Source: Octopus vulgaris (taxonomy: Eukaryota). From it: a stretch of 64,000 nucleotides of DNA. The stretch lies in the NCBI GenBank assembly GCA_951406725.2, contig OX597815.1:68820001-68884000 (forward strand), written 5' to 3'. A program made the position numbers and the translations under genes. Positions 26,160-40,089 of the stretch are shown here, piece by piece; positions within the stretch are counted from its first letter, which is position 1, and the number at the start of each line of letters is the position of its first letter. The notes under the pieces are model-generated. The model was not told the DNA's origin. It searched no databases and was given only the letters and a program-made list of their open reading frames with translations.

Positions 26160-26540
26160 GTGCAGGCGTCGGTGTGTGGTAAGAAGCTTGCTTCCCAACC
26201 ATATGTTTTTGAGTTCAGTCCCACTGTGTGGCACCTTGGGCAAATGTCTTCAACTAAAGCCTTGGGCCGACCAAAACCTTGTGAGTGGATTTGGTAGATG
26301 GAAACTTAAAGATGCCTGTTGTGTGTGTGTATATATATACATGTGTGTGTTTGTCATCCACCACTGCTTGACAACCAGTGTTGGTTTGTTTATGTCCCTG
26401 TAATGTAGCAATTTGACAAAAAGAGTCCAGACTTTAAAAAAAAAAGTATTGGGGTTGATTCATTGGACTAAAAGTTTATCAAGGCAGTGCCCCAGCATGG
26501 CTGTAGCCTAATGACTGAAACAGATAAAAGATAAAAGGTA
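26160..26540 (+). mobile_element. tRNA-derived SINE family A, representative full copy
   Basis: Head GGTGCAGGCG..GTGTGGTAAGAAGC, B-box-like GAGTTCAGTCCC, CCTTGGGCAA core, internal (TG/TA)n and tail ATGACTGAAACAGATAAAAG. Other copies at 22130-22290, 24115-24500(-), 31325-31700(-), 34995-35130, 48355-48855(-), 54660-55010(-), 55155-55480(-) and 55630-56035(+). Confidence 0.85.
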
Positions 26541-27168
26541 CCATCAATCATCATCATCATGAAAATCATTGTTTTGAATGTCCAAAATCCAGGACATAAA
26601 GGTGTGTCCTTTATGACCATGGTCTCCCTTCTCTCCCATAACTCTTAATACTTCCCACCCCTCAGCTGAGGGAACTTGTCCTGCAAGTTATTTTGTAACC
26701 TCACTGCTCCTAGTGCCACATAAAAAACACCCAGTACACTCTGTAAAGTGGTTGATATTAGGAAGGGCATCCAACCATAGAAATACCAAAGAAGACAATA
26801 GGACTTGGTGCAGTCTTCTAGCTTTTCTAGTTTCTGTCAAACTGTCAAACCCATACCACCATGGAAAACATGTTAAATAATGACGATACTGATGAGTGAT
26901 GATAATGTTTACTTTTCTGTATCTGCAAGGATCAGACAGAATTTATTTGGGCAAATTTTCTATAGCCAGATGCCCTTCCTGATACCAAACCTCACTTGTT
27001 TCCAAGCAAAGTAATATTTGTCAATAACTGGAATGAAGGATACTGCTTGTCTGATGTTTACAATTGTTGCCTGATGTCAAGACAAAGAAGCACACACACA
27101 CACGCATAGAAATATACACTTACAGATAGAGAGAGAGTGAGAGAGAGAGATTATAATTTATTAATTAA

Positions 27169-27354
27169 CCCCTTGCAGATGTTATTAGGCCGTTTAGTAA
27201 CTACATAATTTTGCATACAAAGAATTTCACTGTGTATTTACAGAGTCTTCTCTGTGGTACAGTCAAAAACACAGTGCTGCACATAGTGAGACATCATATG
27301 GCTCACACACACATTGTTTCGATGTGGTCAGTATCGCTTCCTGTCTGCAAGGGG
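27169..27354. mobile_element. piggyBac-like MITE (186 bp)
   Basis: TTAA TSD at 27165-27168 and 27355-27358. Perfect 11-bp TIR CCCCTTGCAGA / TCTGCAAGGGG. Confidence 0.8.
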
Positions 27355-28667
27355 TTAAACAGGATTGACATATACGCTTCACCTCTCCTGATACGCATAA
27401 AGAAAATATGCTCACACAAATATACCAAAGACAAAGAGAGGGGAATGGAAAGAGAGAGAGAGAGACATTAAAACATTCTCATGTCAAATAAGTTGTTGAA
27501 TCAGCAAGGCCAAATAAACTCTGCCAAAATGGCTGAACCAAAACGTCTCAGACTCTCCTTGAGGAAAATCATAGTCACTGCTTTCTATTCTCACTAAGCA
27601 ATTAGTGTAAGACAAGAATGCCCATTACTATTTATCTATCTATAACAAAGAATGTGATGTTTTGTCAGGTCAAAAATCTTTGTAAATTCTCCTGGAAGTT
27701 CATTACATGTCAGATACCATTGAAAATATCTCTATTATTAGACACTTTCTGAATAATCCAACTTTCAACAATAGAAATCCATCTTATTTTTAACTTTCCC
27801 ATACTTTGGAAATGTTTGCAGTGTCTACCAATACTTTTAACCTATTTATAACTAGTGAATGTTGTTCTCTTGTAGTCTTAGTGAATGCAGTCTTCGTTTT
27901 CTGTTTACCATTCCTGTTTGTGATAATAACTTTCTAGAATATAAACTATCTATTTCACGAAATTAAATGAATTGGAATGCTTCACTTGTGTTTTCAAAAA
28001 CAACTACTTTGCACAATTGATATATTTAAGCAATAGCCCAACCCTCACCCCTGCGTGTGTGTGGTGTATTCGTAAGTGTATGCACATGTTCTACAGGTAA
28101 TGTTTGTAAGAAAAGATCTTTGCTAATTAAGTTGTTTTTAATCAAGAGCAGCTGTTTTGAGCCATACAAATTTCTGATTAAAACAAGAATTTCTAAAGAC
28201 TTATTTGGTATCAATTATTGTTTCTTATAGTAATCCATCATTATCATCATTATCACCACCATTACCATCACTTCAATATCATTCTTATTCCTATCAGCAG
28301 TATCATTGTCAACACCCCAGGTAGCAACATTATTGTCATCCTACCCTACTATCACCACCACCATCAACATCACCATCCTTGTCGTCTTCATTGCTACCAT
28401 TTATACTCATTACCGCTTGAATATTCTCATCCTTTAGTTTGTCGTTGTAACTACAATTATGTTCTTTACCTCTCTCAGTATTATCATCTTCCTCACATGG
28501 CACTATCACCACCATTGTAGTCATCATCATTATCATCAATTATAAATATAAATACCATATTGTATTATACAGTGAGTTTTATGAAGAAAATTATAAACCC
28601 CTCTACAATCTTACTCTTTTACTCATTTCAGCCATGCGGCCGCAGTCATGCTGGAACACCACCATGA

Positions 28668-29695
28668 TCTTTCTGACTTCTTCAGTTTAGGTGTTTCACA
28701 TCACCACTCCTATATGTGCCTTTATCCCAGCTGTTGGTACATTTGGTGTATACGGGAGTTTGATTCCGCTGCCCTCGTCTGTACCTAATGTCAGACTGTT
28801 GGTTCATCCGGTATTGTGGAGAGTAGGATGTCTAGTTCTTTTTCGAAACCATCTACTTCCATCTTATGCAAATTTCTTAGTTTTTGTGGCAGGGCATTGA
28901 AGAGCTATAGGCCTTTGAACCCTATACTATTGCAATACCTGTTCCTGAATTTAGATGGAGTGGATGGTACCTTTGATATAATACAATGGTGGCCAGTTCT
29001 GGCATTTGTATAACATGCAATGCCAAAATTAGGTACTAGCCCTTCTAGGATTTCCCATATGTATATTATTGCATATCTCTCATACCTTCGCTCCAGGGAG
29101 TAAAGCTGTAGTTTTCTCAGCCAATCCCTGTAGCTCGCCCGCTGCACTGTTTCAATCTTTTTAGTGTAGTGGTGTTGGACTGCTTCAAGCTCCATTGTTA
29201 GTTTGGCACTATATGGTGACCTGGGAGTAGTAATCCAGGTGGCTGAGAACAAAGGTTCTCCACAGGGTCAACATAGTTTCTTGGTCTCTTGTCATGAAGG
29301 ACTTCAGTATCCATACTGCCAGTTGTCTGCACTTTGCTGCCATCTTGCTTATGTGCATATGAAATGATGCGTCATTGCACATACTGATCCCCAAGTCTTT
29401 CACTGCCTGTGACTCTGAGATTGTAGTGCCTTCGGGTCCTGTAAATGTAGATTGTACTGTATTTGTGAGTTGATAGTGCAGTGTTTGAAATTTTCCAGTA
29501 TTAAACTGCATTTTGTTTACTTTGGCCCACTTGTATATTGAGTTTAGGTCCTGCTGTAAGCTTGAAACATCATCTTGGTTTTTTATTGCCTGTGATAATT
29601 TTGTATCATCAGCATAGCTGGTGGCAGTGGTTGTCTGAGTGACTGTGGTCATGTCTAATAAGGCTATTATGAACAGTAATGGCCCCAGAACAGTT
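28668..29695 (-). mobile_element. 5'-truncated CR1/L2-group LINE (RT C-terminal half plus 3' end)
   Basis: Minus strand VLGPLLF..SYADDTKL..LQQDLNSIYKW..NKMQFN..K..KDLGI..LDYYSQ, then a frameshift to LEAVQ..TKKI..Y..L..LQLYSLERR (ORFs 29209-29652 and 28905-29252). Confidence 0.9.
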
Positions 29696-30409
29696 ACACA
29701 AGTATATAGGAGGGTATATAGATATATAAAAATATAATACTATAAGATATAAAATTCTCTTATAAAGAATTTATAAAATGAAAAAATAAAATATTTCATT
29801 GTGAATGACATGAACTGTATAATGGAGATAAGAAATAAAAAATAAGGATAAGTCAAGGTATGCATAACAAATGCTGATTAAAAAATAAATAAATTAAGAT
29901 AAAGGTATCATGGGAAATTGTTTTATAAAATATATTAGTGACACAGAAATGTGTGGAATAGTAACAGTTCACAGGAAGTTTACCTTATACTTAGGGGAGG
30001 TGCAAGATCTAACTTGGGCATAAAGACAGAAATTTGGGGGAGATGGAATTAGTTGATAATATTAGTCCACTACATGATTGGTACTTAATCATATTGACCC
30101 TGGAGAAATGAGAGACAATGTTTCTCTTGGCAGGATTTGAACATAGGACAGAGTGAGTCGGAGAATCCGAATAAATGCTGAAAGCAGTTTATCTAAAGTT
30201 CTAATGATACCACTAATCTCTCCCTCACCACTGCTCCCATAAAAGAGATAATCGCAGCTGTTGTAAGAGAACTGAAATGTTAAAAACTTTGAAAACAATA
30301 GTTGTGAAAGGTTTGAAGTTCTGATTCCAGTTACACCCGATAAAACTGAAAGGTCAGAACTCACTTCTGCTAAATTCCATCCAGATCACTTCCAAAATAT
30401 AACAACATG

Positions 30410-30910
30410 AAATGTGTGGAAATCAAGGATGGATTCTCTACATATTAGCTTGATTTGCTAGAAATAGCAGCAAAGTTTCCCTCAAATCACACCCAACTAT
30501 CTTAAAGCAGAAATAAAACCAAGAGCAATGTAACTATAGATTTAGAAAATGTCATGGTTGATTAGAGCTGATTCATGGCTAAACAATAATGACAAGGTCA
30601 ACAATGTTGAATGTGTGAAACCACAACTGGAGCCTCTATACAGTTGCTTGATTTGCTAGAAATAGTTGTAAAAAGTTTCCCTTATCATACTCTGCTGTCT
30701 TAAACAGGAACAAAACATGAGACACTGTAATGCAAGGTTTACAAAATGTCAGGAATGTCTGTAATCAAAAGTCTGCTTGATTAGGACTGATCCAGGGCTA
30801 AACAATATTAACAATATGGAATATGTAAAACCAATGAGGGAGTCTCTACACAATCACTTGATTTACTAGAATTAACAGGAAAATTTTCCTCAAATCACAC
30901 CCTGTCATCT
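30410..30910 (+). repeat. ~200-bp tandemly repeated SINE-like unit (about 2.5 copies)
   Basis: CTTGATTT(G/A)CTAGAA near 30449, 30647 and 30857, with CCTCAAATCACACCC in copies 1 and 3 and GGCTAAACAATA in copies 1 and 2. The CTAGAAATAGCAGC-type motif is also dispersed at ~4045, 25024, 47230 and 47958. Confidence 0.7.
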
Positions 30911-30913
30911 TAA

Positions 30914-31124
30914 CCCTTTAGCTTTCAGATTACTCTGTCAAATGTAATGCTTATTTATTCACAATGTTTTGAATTAATCAAGCAGTATCTTGTAGCTTTG
31001 AGATTTCTATGATGTGATTGTTTACTTTTAGAATGACATTGTGAGATAGGTGTGAGAGGCTGAATCTAGTCATAAAACAAGTAGAATATTTGGATTGTCT
31101 ATGGCCAATTTAAATGCTAAAGGG
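30914..31124 (+). mobile_element. piggyBac-like MITE
   Basis: TTAA then CCCTTTAGC(T)TT ... AATGCTAAAGGG then TT(T)AA. A reverse copy lies at ~31996-32180. Confidence 0.7.
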
Positions 31125-34100
31125 TTTAAACAGGAATGAAATATGAAACAATGTTATGCCTTAGGCTAAACAACAACAACAACAACAGCAGCACCAGCAA
31201 CAATGTGGAATGCATAAAACGGGATTCAGCAGACATTGACATTTTGTTTCTGTAATGACATTTTTGTTTTTTGTTTGTAGATGTCAGCATTTGATGATGA
31301 CAAGTCATTTAAATAATTATTTTGTCTTTTATCTTTTATTCGTTTCAGTCATTTGACTGTGGCCATGTTGGGGCACTGCCTTGAAGGATTTTTAGTCAAA
31401 CAAATTGGCCCCAGGTCTTATTTTTTTAAAGTTTAGTACTTATTCTATTGGCCTCTTTTGCTGAACTGTTAAGTTACAGGAGTGTAAACACATCAACACT
31501 GGTTGTAAAGTGGTAGAGGTGACAAACATACACAACCATATATATGATGGGCTTCCTTCAGTTTCCATCTACCAAATCCACTCACAAGGTTTTGGTTGGT
31601 CTGAGACTATAGTAGAAGATACTTGCCCAAGGTGCCACACAGTGGGACTGAACCCAGTGCCATGTGGTTGGGAAGCAAGCTCCTTACCACACATTCACAC
31701 CTAAATTTTGGAACAAAGCTGGAAATTTTAGGAGAATGAGGTTAGTCAGTTACATCTCCCTCAGTATGTGGCTGGTACTTTATTTTATCTACCAATAATG
31801 GATGAAAGGCAAAATTGCACTTGGTGGGATTTGAACTCAGAAAATAGTGAGCTGGAAGAAATACCACTAAGCACTTTGCCCACTGTGTTAATGATCCTGT
31901 CTCCTTGCTGGCTTAAGTCATTTAACTCTTTTGTTACCATATTCTTGTTGAAATAAATTGCTTTTGTTTCGATTAATTTTAAAAATCATGAAGTATTCTA
32001 CCTGCTTTATGTTCAAACTGGCCAGATCTGGTCTCTTACATCTACCCTGCAATGTCATTCTCACAATATCCAATCACATCATAAAAATCTCAAAGTTATG
32101 AGAGAATAGGTGATTAATTTAAAACAATGTGAATAAATAAGCATTATATTTGACAGAGTAATCTGAATGCTGAAAGGTTAGACTGGTGTTTGGAACATAG
32201 ATAACATAGGTTTTAATTTAGATTGCTTGAAGACAGGAAGTTTGCATTATAGAACTAGAGGTAGTGTTAGGCAGGTTAGTATCATACCTTGATGTCACAT
32301 GAACCAGTTCTCTGCAGCCTTCAAGATTACATGCCCTAAAAGATGCAGCTTTATTCTAGGAGATGAGAGATGGGATCAGAGTATAACAGATTTTTTGCTG
32401 AAGAGGAGTTGTATGTGTGTTTGTATAATCACTATGCTATGGGTAGTGATGATACAATAATCTCCCTTGTCAAAGGGTTTTCTGTTGTTTTTATGCCCTA
32501 AAAGACATGTGGAATAATATATTCCTTACTTTAAAAAAATCCCAAAACATAAGCAAAAAAAACTAAAACAAAAAAAAACAGGTAAGTATTAGCAATAAGA
32601 AGGGCATCTGATTGTTAAAACAGGGACTCAATAATATGTTCATCTAATTCATGCTATCATGGAAGAACAGGTGTAAAAGCATACAAACAAATGAATATTT
32701 CTGTTAAGGAAGCTTCAACAATGTCAGCAATGAGAAACATCAACCTTGAAAATATCAACATTAGCATACTCATCACCACTGTTAATGCAGCTGCTGCTAT
32801 CACCACCATCACCACCACCACCAACACCACTACTACTGCCAACCCCCCCCCCCCCGCTGCTGCCAAATCCACCATCATCTTGAGAGGCTTACTACTCTAA
32901 TTTCTAGGCAGTAGCTTCTCATCACATATCTATTTGTCTGTTGTTAGCTAATAAACTAGATCTAGAGTATTGTAAAAGCATTCTGTAGAATCAATAACTT
33001 GCACATTTTTACTTATCTAAACTTGCTTTGACTAAGCAACAACATTGTTTCTTTACTGTTTTTAGATAGTTTTATTTTTGGATTTGGTTTTCTTGGTTCT
33101 TGATGTGAGCTTTTGTGTTAAAACAGATTTTGGGTTATCACAAGAGGGTCATTATGCCAATAATAAACACATGCACTGGTTCTGTTTCACTTCTTTTATA
33201 TATTTTTGGTCAGTTGCTTAACCATCTAATCAATTAACTAATCGATTGTTTAATTAATTGTTCAGTCAAATAAGACCTGGAATAGAGAGGGTATGTCATT
33301 GATGAAGTTGTGAATGGTGATGAAAGGGATTTGGCAAACCTAGCTGCTTGATTGATTGATTGACTGATTGGTTAATCAAATAATTGATGAGTTAACTGGT
33401 TAGATCATTAACCAATTGATTAATAATAATAATAAAAGAGGTGAAATATACTACCAGTGTGTGTTTATTGGTGTAGGTACCTTTCTGATATACAGCAAAA
33501 TTTTAGATAGTTGTTTTGCTAGAAATGTTCTTATAAGCCAATGCATTGACACCAGTATATTACTGCTACTTAATCCTTTTTAATACCAACCTTCTGAAAC
33601 AACCTCTACTTCTATCATACAGACTTCCAGTTTGAAAGTGATCTAAATGAAAAAAAAACAAAACTTTCCATTAAGATTTCGTGTTAATTAATATTGTAAA
33701 TACCAGCTTAATAATAGTTTTAATTTAGGAAACAAAGCTAGAAATTTTAAGGGAAGGAGGAGTTAGTTGATATCATTAAACTCTATACTTGAGCAGTACT
33801 GTATCAAAGGGATGAAAAACAAAGCTGACTTGAGCAGGATTTGAATTTAGGATATAAAGTGCTCAAACAAATATGTAGTGAACAACTATCAAATATCTAA
33901 GTGAGGAATCATGTGTAACTTGTGGATTGTTTTAATATGCATCAAATATGAAGAAAAATATTAACTGCTTATTAAGATGGCCATTTGTTAATATGATTAT
34001 TATGTTGTTACAATATAGAAAATACAACTTTGAGTTGTGGCGTGTACACAAATTGTTGTTGTGCAGTACACATATCGCCTCAAGTTCCATGGTCCATTGT

Positions 34101-34775
34101 GTGAGTTACTACTAAAGAGAGACAAAGTATATAACTATGTAGAGAGGATGATAGATCTGCTGTTGTATGTGTTGACCAGCATGCTGAGAGAGTTGCTCTT
34201 CAGGTAGACATCAAATGACCAAAATAGAAAGAACTTATTTGCTGTTGTGTTTTATCTTTCTAACTAATCTAGGTCAAGCTGAAAGCAAAGGATTTCTCCA
34301 TCAGTTGTGACCTATGTATGGCATGTGAAAAATCAAGAAGTCAGCTTTTTTCTGATAAATTCCTTAGTGCAACAGGCTTGAACAATAGGCTGATGACTTG
34401 TAGGAAAATGTGGATTTAGTTTTGGACCCTAACTCAGAAATTTGGTAGCTGTTCACTACAATTATGTTTGCTCTAATAATTCTGCACATTTCCTACTCTA
34501 TAAATAAATAACTCAGCCTAATAAAGATAAAGTTATTTTACTAAGTTCTTCATTATTTTCAAAATTAATTGAAACAAAGACTGTTTATTATCATCAGTGG
34601 AAATAACAAAAGGGCTAATTTGACATACTTGGTATGCAAGAGGTAATACCATGTTAGACAGATAAAAACGTTGATGCCATTGGAATTTGACATGAGAACT
34701 GTATGGTAATGAAATTAGTAATGGTTGAGAATCTCACTTGGATTAAATCAGGTTATAGATATCCAATGAGAATAC

Positions 34776-34814
<39 letters not shown>

Positions 34815-34953
34815 GGTATCTAGAAGACCCAAAGAGTGACAGGTAACACTAAGTAAGTGCTATGGACAGACTGTAGTTAAACTCTTGGTTTGATAGTGAT
34901 ACGAGTGAAGAGTTTAATGTGGGTCTTGTATTAGCATGTATAATATATATTTG

Positions 34954-34994
<41 letters not shown>

Positions 34995-36419
34995 AGGTGT
35001 AGGGTGTGGTTGTGTAGTAAGAAGTTTACTTCCCAACCACATGGTTCTGGGTTCAGTCCCACTCCATAGCACCTTTGGCGAGTGTCTTCTTCCCTAGTCC
35101 CAGGATAATTAAAGCCTTGTGAGTGGATTTGTCTGAAAGAAGCATGCCATATGTGTGTGTGTGTGTGCGTGACTGTCATGCAAGTGGTATTTTTCGTTTC
35201 TAATCTTCTGTTAAGACATGTCTGGTTACTTGGAAACAGTTATGAGTTGGTGATATATGGCCATAGAAAATCTGCCTCATTGAATTTTGTCCAACCTATG
35301 CATACATGGAAAAATGAACTTTAAAATGATTATATATGATCTGGGATGGTATTTTGAATTACAGGGGAATGTTGAACCAGAGATCAGGTCATAGATATAC
35401 AACTAGAAAGACTTTGATACTTAATAATAGATAATGAATATGATCCTAGATGATGTGTTAAGATACAGGGGTGTTTTGAGTCAGTGGTCATATTTGAGAA
35501 AGACAATTGATACTTATTATATAACATTATATACTATCATATTATATATTCACTATCATAAAATAAAAACAAAATGTGCATTTAAACGGAACATTTCTCT
35601 TATAAATGACTTTCATGACACTTTCTCAATACATTTATGTTTTATTTATATTTTGTTACGCATACACACTTTCTCTTTGTAATTTAGTATATCTCCATAT
35701 GAAGTATTGTTAGGAGTGTTTGTCATAGCTTAATAGGCTAAATTCTTAGTCATTCACACAATGTGTATGGTGTCATTAATTTCTATTTCACACCCTGAAT
35801 TGTACAACTGTTTACAGTTCATGTGTTTTTGTGTATGGATGTGTGTGTGCGTGTGTGTCTGTGTTACTATCATCATCATCATCAATGACCTTGTTTTTGT
35901 CTGTATTTTCTTGCTGATGTATGTTGATCAGCTTTGTAAACAGCTTTCATTTCTAGACATACCTACAAACATATACATGCATGTTTATTATCATCATTTA
36001 ACATCTATTGTCCATGCTGGCATGGGTTGGATGCTTTGACTGGGGCTGGTAAGCTGGAAGGCTGCACCAGACTCCAGTCTGATTTGGCATGGTTTTCTAT
36101 GGCTGGACATCCCTAATGGACATCCCTGAGAGTGTAATCGGTGCTTTTATGTGCCACCTGCACAGATGCCATTTGCATGACACCGATAGACATTTAATAT
36201 TTAATTTTCAATATTTCATTTCTTCAATAAGACAATCAATACTTCATTTCATTTCTTTCTTACTATATATTCTATATCCTATATTAATATTATAAGAATA
36301 TAAATAAAACATAAAAAACAGAGTTGGAATTCCTTTGAGTAACACACATATATATATGTACATATGTATGTATGTATGAGTAAATATCCATATGCACACG
36401 TGTATGTATGTATGTATAT

Positions 36420-36453
<34 letters not shown>

Positions 36454-36785
36454 TTACACAGAGAGAGGGGTCTCTCACTTTACAGAAGTAATACATTCCT
36501 GAAAATTTAGCTGTAATGCGAAATTCTGGTATGCGAAATTAATTTTCCTACTAAATTTCATATTATCAAGTGAGATTATGTTCCTATGGATTTTTTCAAA
36601 AAAAAAAAAGCCCAAGCAAGACAAGACAGAAAATAACTATTTCCAAAAATGCACAATACAATACAGATATATAAAAATACAAGACTATTTCACAAAGAAT
36701 ATGTTAGGGAAACAAGATTTATATTGTAAGAGTACTGAGCTCATTGTAAACTCCTTTTGTAATAATATCTAGTTTTTAAGTTATT

Positions 36786-37600
36786 GAGTCCTATAATCAC
36801 GTGGACAACTGCTATTTTTGTAACCTAAATTTGAAGGGTATTAACCAGAAAAATTGACAAATGCTTGTCTATCTTAATCTTGCCTCTGTCATTAGACCAG
36901 TTCCACACTGAAGAACTTCCTGTTCTTGTCTTCAGTGTCTTGCTTCAGATAACTTCACACTCAACCAAAGAAGATTTTTCACCTGAAGATGACACCAGAG
37001 ATCAAGACTTTTTAATTGAGACTTTACCTCAGCTATTCTCTCAGGTAGAGCTGAATGATCTAGTTCGTGACTTGAACCTCCAAAAAAATTCTGCAGAACT
37101 TTTGGTTTCCTGATTGAAAAAGAAAAATCTTCTAGAAAATAGTATTTGTATAACCTTTTATCAGAGTTGGCATGAAGAGTTCTTTTCTTTCTTCACAAAA
37201 GAGAAGAGCTAGTTTACTGCAGAGATGTCAGTGGGCTTCTTAATAAACTTGGCATTGAGGAATTCAAACCAGAGGAATGGTGTCTTTTCATAGACAGCTT
37301 AAGCGTAGTTTAAAATGTATATTGTTGTCCAATGGAAATGTGTATGACCTGTTAATGACTTGGCCACCCAACAACTTTGAAGGAAAAATATGAAGAAATT
37401 AAGTTGGTTTTAGAGAAGACACTGTATCATGATCATAAATGGGTCATCTGTGTTGACTTAAGATGGTGAATTTTCTTATGGAACAGCAATCTGGTTATAC
37501 CAGATACCCATGCTTTCTTTGCATGTGGGACAGTAGAGACCGAGTAAACCACTATGTTAAGAAAGACTGGCTACCTCAAATAAATATGGCTCCATGTAGA
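36786..37600 (+). pseudogene. Decayed DNA-transposon transposase fragment, Chapaev(3)/CMC-like
   Basis: Frameshifted translation gives NHVDNCYFC, FSQVELNDLVRDLNL..AELLVS.LK.KNLL, EW.LFIDS, HKWVICVD and MVNFL..QQSGYTRYPCFLCMWDSRDR..HY. The family name is from memory of the motif pattern. Confidence 0.7.
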
Positions 37601-37734
37601 GCTGCCAATATATTGATCCCGTCCACTACACGATCAATCACAATCACCCGCAACCTCAGTCTTGTTCCTCATACCTTCAACTCTACATTGCTACTTCCTC
37701 TGCTTTCAACTTCTTATTTCTTTATTGCCTACAA

Positions 37735-37950
37735 GGAGCTAAACATAGAGGGGACAAACAAGGACAGACAAACGGATTAAGTTGATTACATCGATCCCAG
37801 TGCGTAACTGGTACTTAATTTATCGACCCCGAAAGGATGAAAGGCAAAGTCGACCTCGGCGAAATTTGAACTCAGAACGTAGCGGCTGACAAAATATGGC
37901 AAAGCATTTCGCCTGGCGTGCTAACATTTCTGCCAGGTCACCATCTTATG
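37735..37950 (-). mobile_element. SINE family B copy (young, CpG-retaining)
   Basis: Minus strand has GAGTTCAAATT..GAGGTCGACTTTGCCTTTCATCCTTTCGGGGTCGATAAATTAAGTACCAG. Other copies at 13225-13430, 22320-22525, 31703-31915(-), 33725-33870(-) and 60734-60870(-). Confidence 0.85.
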
Positions 37951-37959
37951 CTCTCAACT

Positions 37960-38870
37960 TCTGTACCGTCAACGGCCCTTACACTACTCACTCCACTCCA
38001 TTCTTCTACCACTTCTGGAATCATTAGGGTTGTTGAGCAGCCCATGTCCATGAGGGCTCATAACACCCTTCCGTTCACCATGACTTCACAATGACTGTAT
38101 ATGTGCCTCTATTCTTTTGACGGGATGTCTACCGGTGCAGTAGTCTTCCTTGGACTGATTCCCTGCACGCATTCACTAGCGATGTGGCCTCTCTGTCTGC
38201 ATCGATAGCAAATTACTCCAGGCCTGGGTTCCTTGCAGTCCCTTGCCATATGTGAACCCTGACACCATAAACACTGCCCTTTGAAGGGTCACACACGTTC
38301 CTTGTTCGACCCCTCTCCGCCGCTCTTTGTTTGACCCCTTCTTGGTGTTGCAGTCGCTGCCAAAGGTGTCGCCCTGCAACATGAGATGATGGCTCTGGCC
38401 CAAGATATTACATCTCCCATTGCCATGGAGTGAATGTTTGGCAGCTTTTACAGTTCGACCGACATGTGGTCAGGAAATCCTGTCACAAAGGCTAATTTAA
38501 CGGTTTGTTCTAATGTACCATCTCTGTATCCCACGAGTCTAGCCAATCTCCTGGTTTCGTTGGCAAACACATCAACCTGTTCACCCATCCACTTTGCTTT
38601 CCCCAGTCAACCACATGCCATAAATGGCCTTTCTGTGAAAGCCTTCATCAGCCGGCCTTCTATTTTTTCTGCACTCAACTGGTTCTTCTCTTCCATTTCC
38701 AGGTATAGCGCCAGTGCCGATCCATTGAGATACAATGGTATAAAACTTGCTAGATCATCTATACCTTGGAGTCTTGTGACCAACTTAATTTTTTGCAGCC
38801 AAGCGATCACATCTCCCTTGCCACAAAATGGCCTAACCGTCTCATTTGAAACATGGACCATACCTATCAT
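37960..38870 (-). mobile_element. Gypsy-type LTR retrotransposon gag-protease remnant
   Basis: Minus strand has Gag-like VRPFCGKGDVIAWLQKIKLV..FIPLYLNGSALALYLEM (ORF 38607-39008), zinc knuckles CLWCQGSHMARDC and CYRCRQRGHIASEC (~38170-38275), and a protease-like VNGR..ALMDMGCSTTL (~38025-38085). No LTR pair seen. Confidence 0.8.
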
Positions 38871-39276
38871 TTTTTGGGGGTTTTTTTTGGAGCCGAAATA
38901 GCTTGTAGTGTAAAGGAAGAAAAAAGACAGAAGCGAAGAGAGAATTATGGTAATCTTACCTGTTGGTCCGGAAAAATGGTCATTTTCAACATCCATGTGC
39001 TGCCTCAATCTCCAAGGTTCATTCTAAGTCCACATGCGCTATCCGTTGCTATATAGTCTCAACGTTTGCTCTGATGTGCTGTCCACCGCCAACTGGCCCC
39101 TTGTGCTTCACTGATGCTGCATGTCCACTACGGCACTTCTGGTGGGATCCACAGGCCCTACTTCCAACAGGACATGCCTACTCCCTCAATTCTGATCCTT
39201 CCCTACAACACAGCATGGCTCATAACACCACAACTGCCTTCAGTTCTGCTCGACAGCTTCTTCCCAGACTTCTTAA

Positions 39277-39495
39277 CCCTTTTGTTATCATATTTATTTT
39301 GAGATGTTCTGTGTTTCTTTCAATTATTTTAAATATAACAAAGAATTTAGTAAAATAACTTAGCTATAAAGCTAGTTTTAGGAACATAAATTGTGACTAA
39401 GGTTTGGTGGAAAATTTTAATTCAAAACTTATGAAAACAAGACATTTGTACTACAGAGCCAGAGCCAGTTTCAGCTGGGTTGGTAATGAAAGGGT
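39277..39495 (+). mobile_element. Second piggyBac-like MITE family (CCCTTT..TACCA ends)
   Basis: TTAA-CCCTTTTGTTATCA ... TTGGTAATGAAAGGG-TT. Related copies at ~31922-31995, 33570-33720(-), 34530-34620(-) and 58530-58745. Confidence 0.6.
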
Positions 39496-40089
39496 TGAAT
39501 TGAAGGCAAATCTAACAACAGCAGCGATTAATTATCCACAACAAATATGTAGTAAGAGAAATTGACCCAAGAAAGATTTGTTTTGTGATTGTAGAAAATT
39601 GTCTTATTCCTATTGATGCATTAATGAAAAGATACAGCACTGAGGAAAAGAAAGTACTACATGAGAACAGTCAGCAGATTTTATAGGCAATTCACCCTTT
39701 GACATAAATACACTCTCACACATGCATGTATATGTGTTGGCATACATGCTGATATCTCTTGTAGCCAGTTAGATTCAAAAGTTGGTGTGTTGATAGTGGG
39801 GATGATGTTGATTGCATTGGTTTAGATGTTGAAGATGGTGGTCATATTGTTCTTGTTAACTGTGTTGCTGTGGTTGTTAAGTCTCAAGTCAATTTTCATA
39901 GATCTAAGACCAAAGACATTTCAGTTAACTGTTAATATACCCTAGGATACTACAGTGTATCTTTTTATTTGGAACGGATTTGCTTATTGTTTTCATACTA
40001 TGTATTATTGTTACTATTGGTAGTTTTGTTCATGTTTATGATAGAAACACACACACACATATACACACATATGTACACATTCATAAATG

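Noticed and set aside
32657-32900. Ala/Thr/Pro-rich ORFs on both strands
   Set aside because: Derived from (CAC/CAT)n trinucleotide low complexity, with no convincing splice signals.
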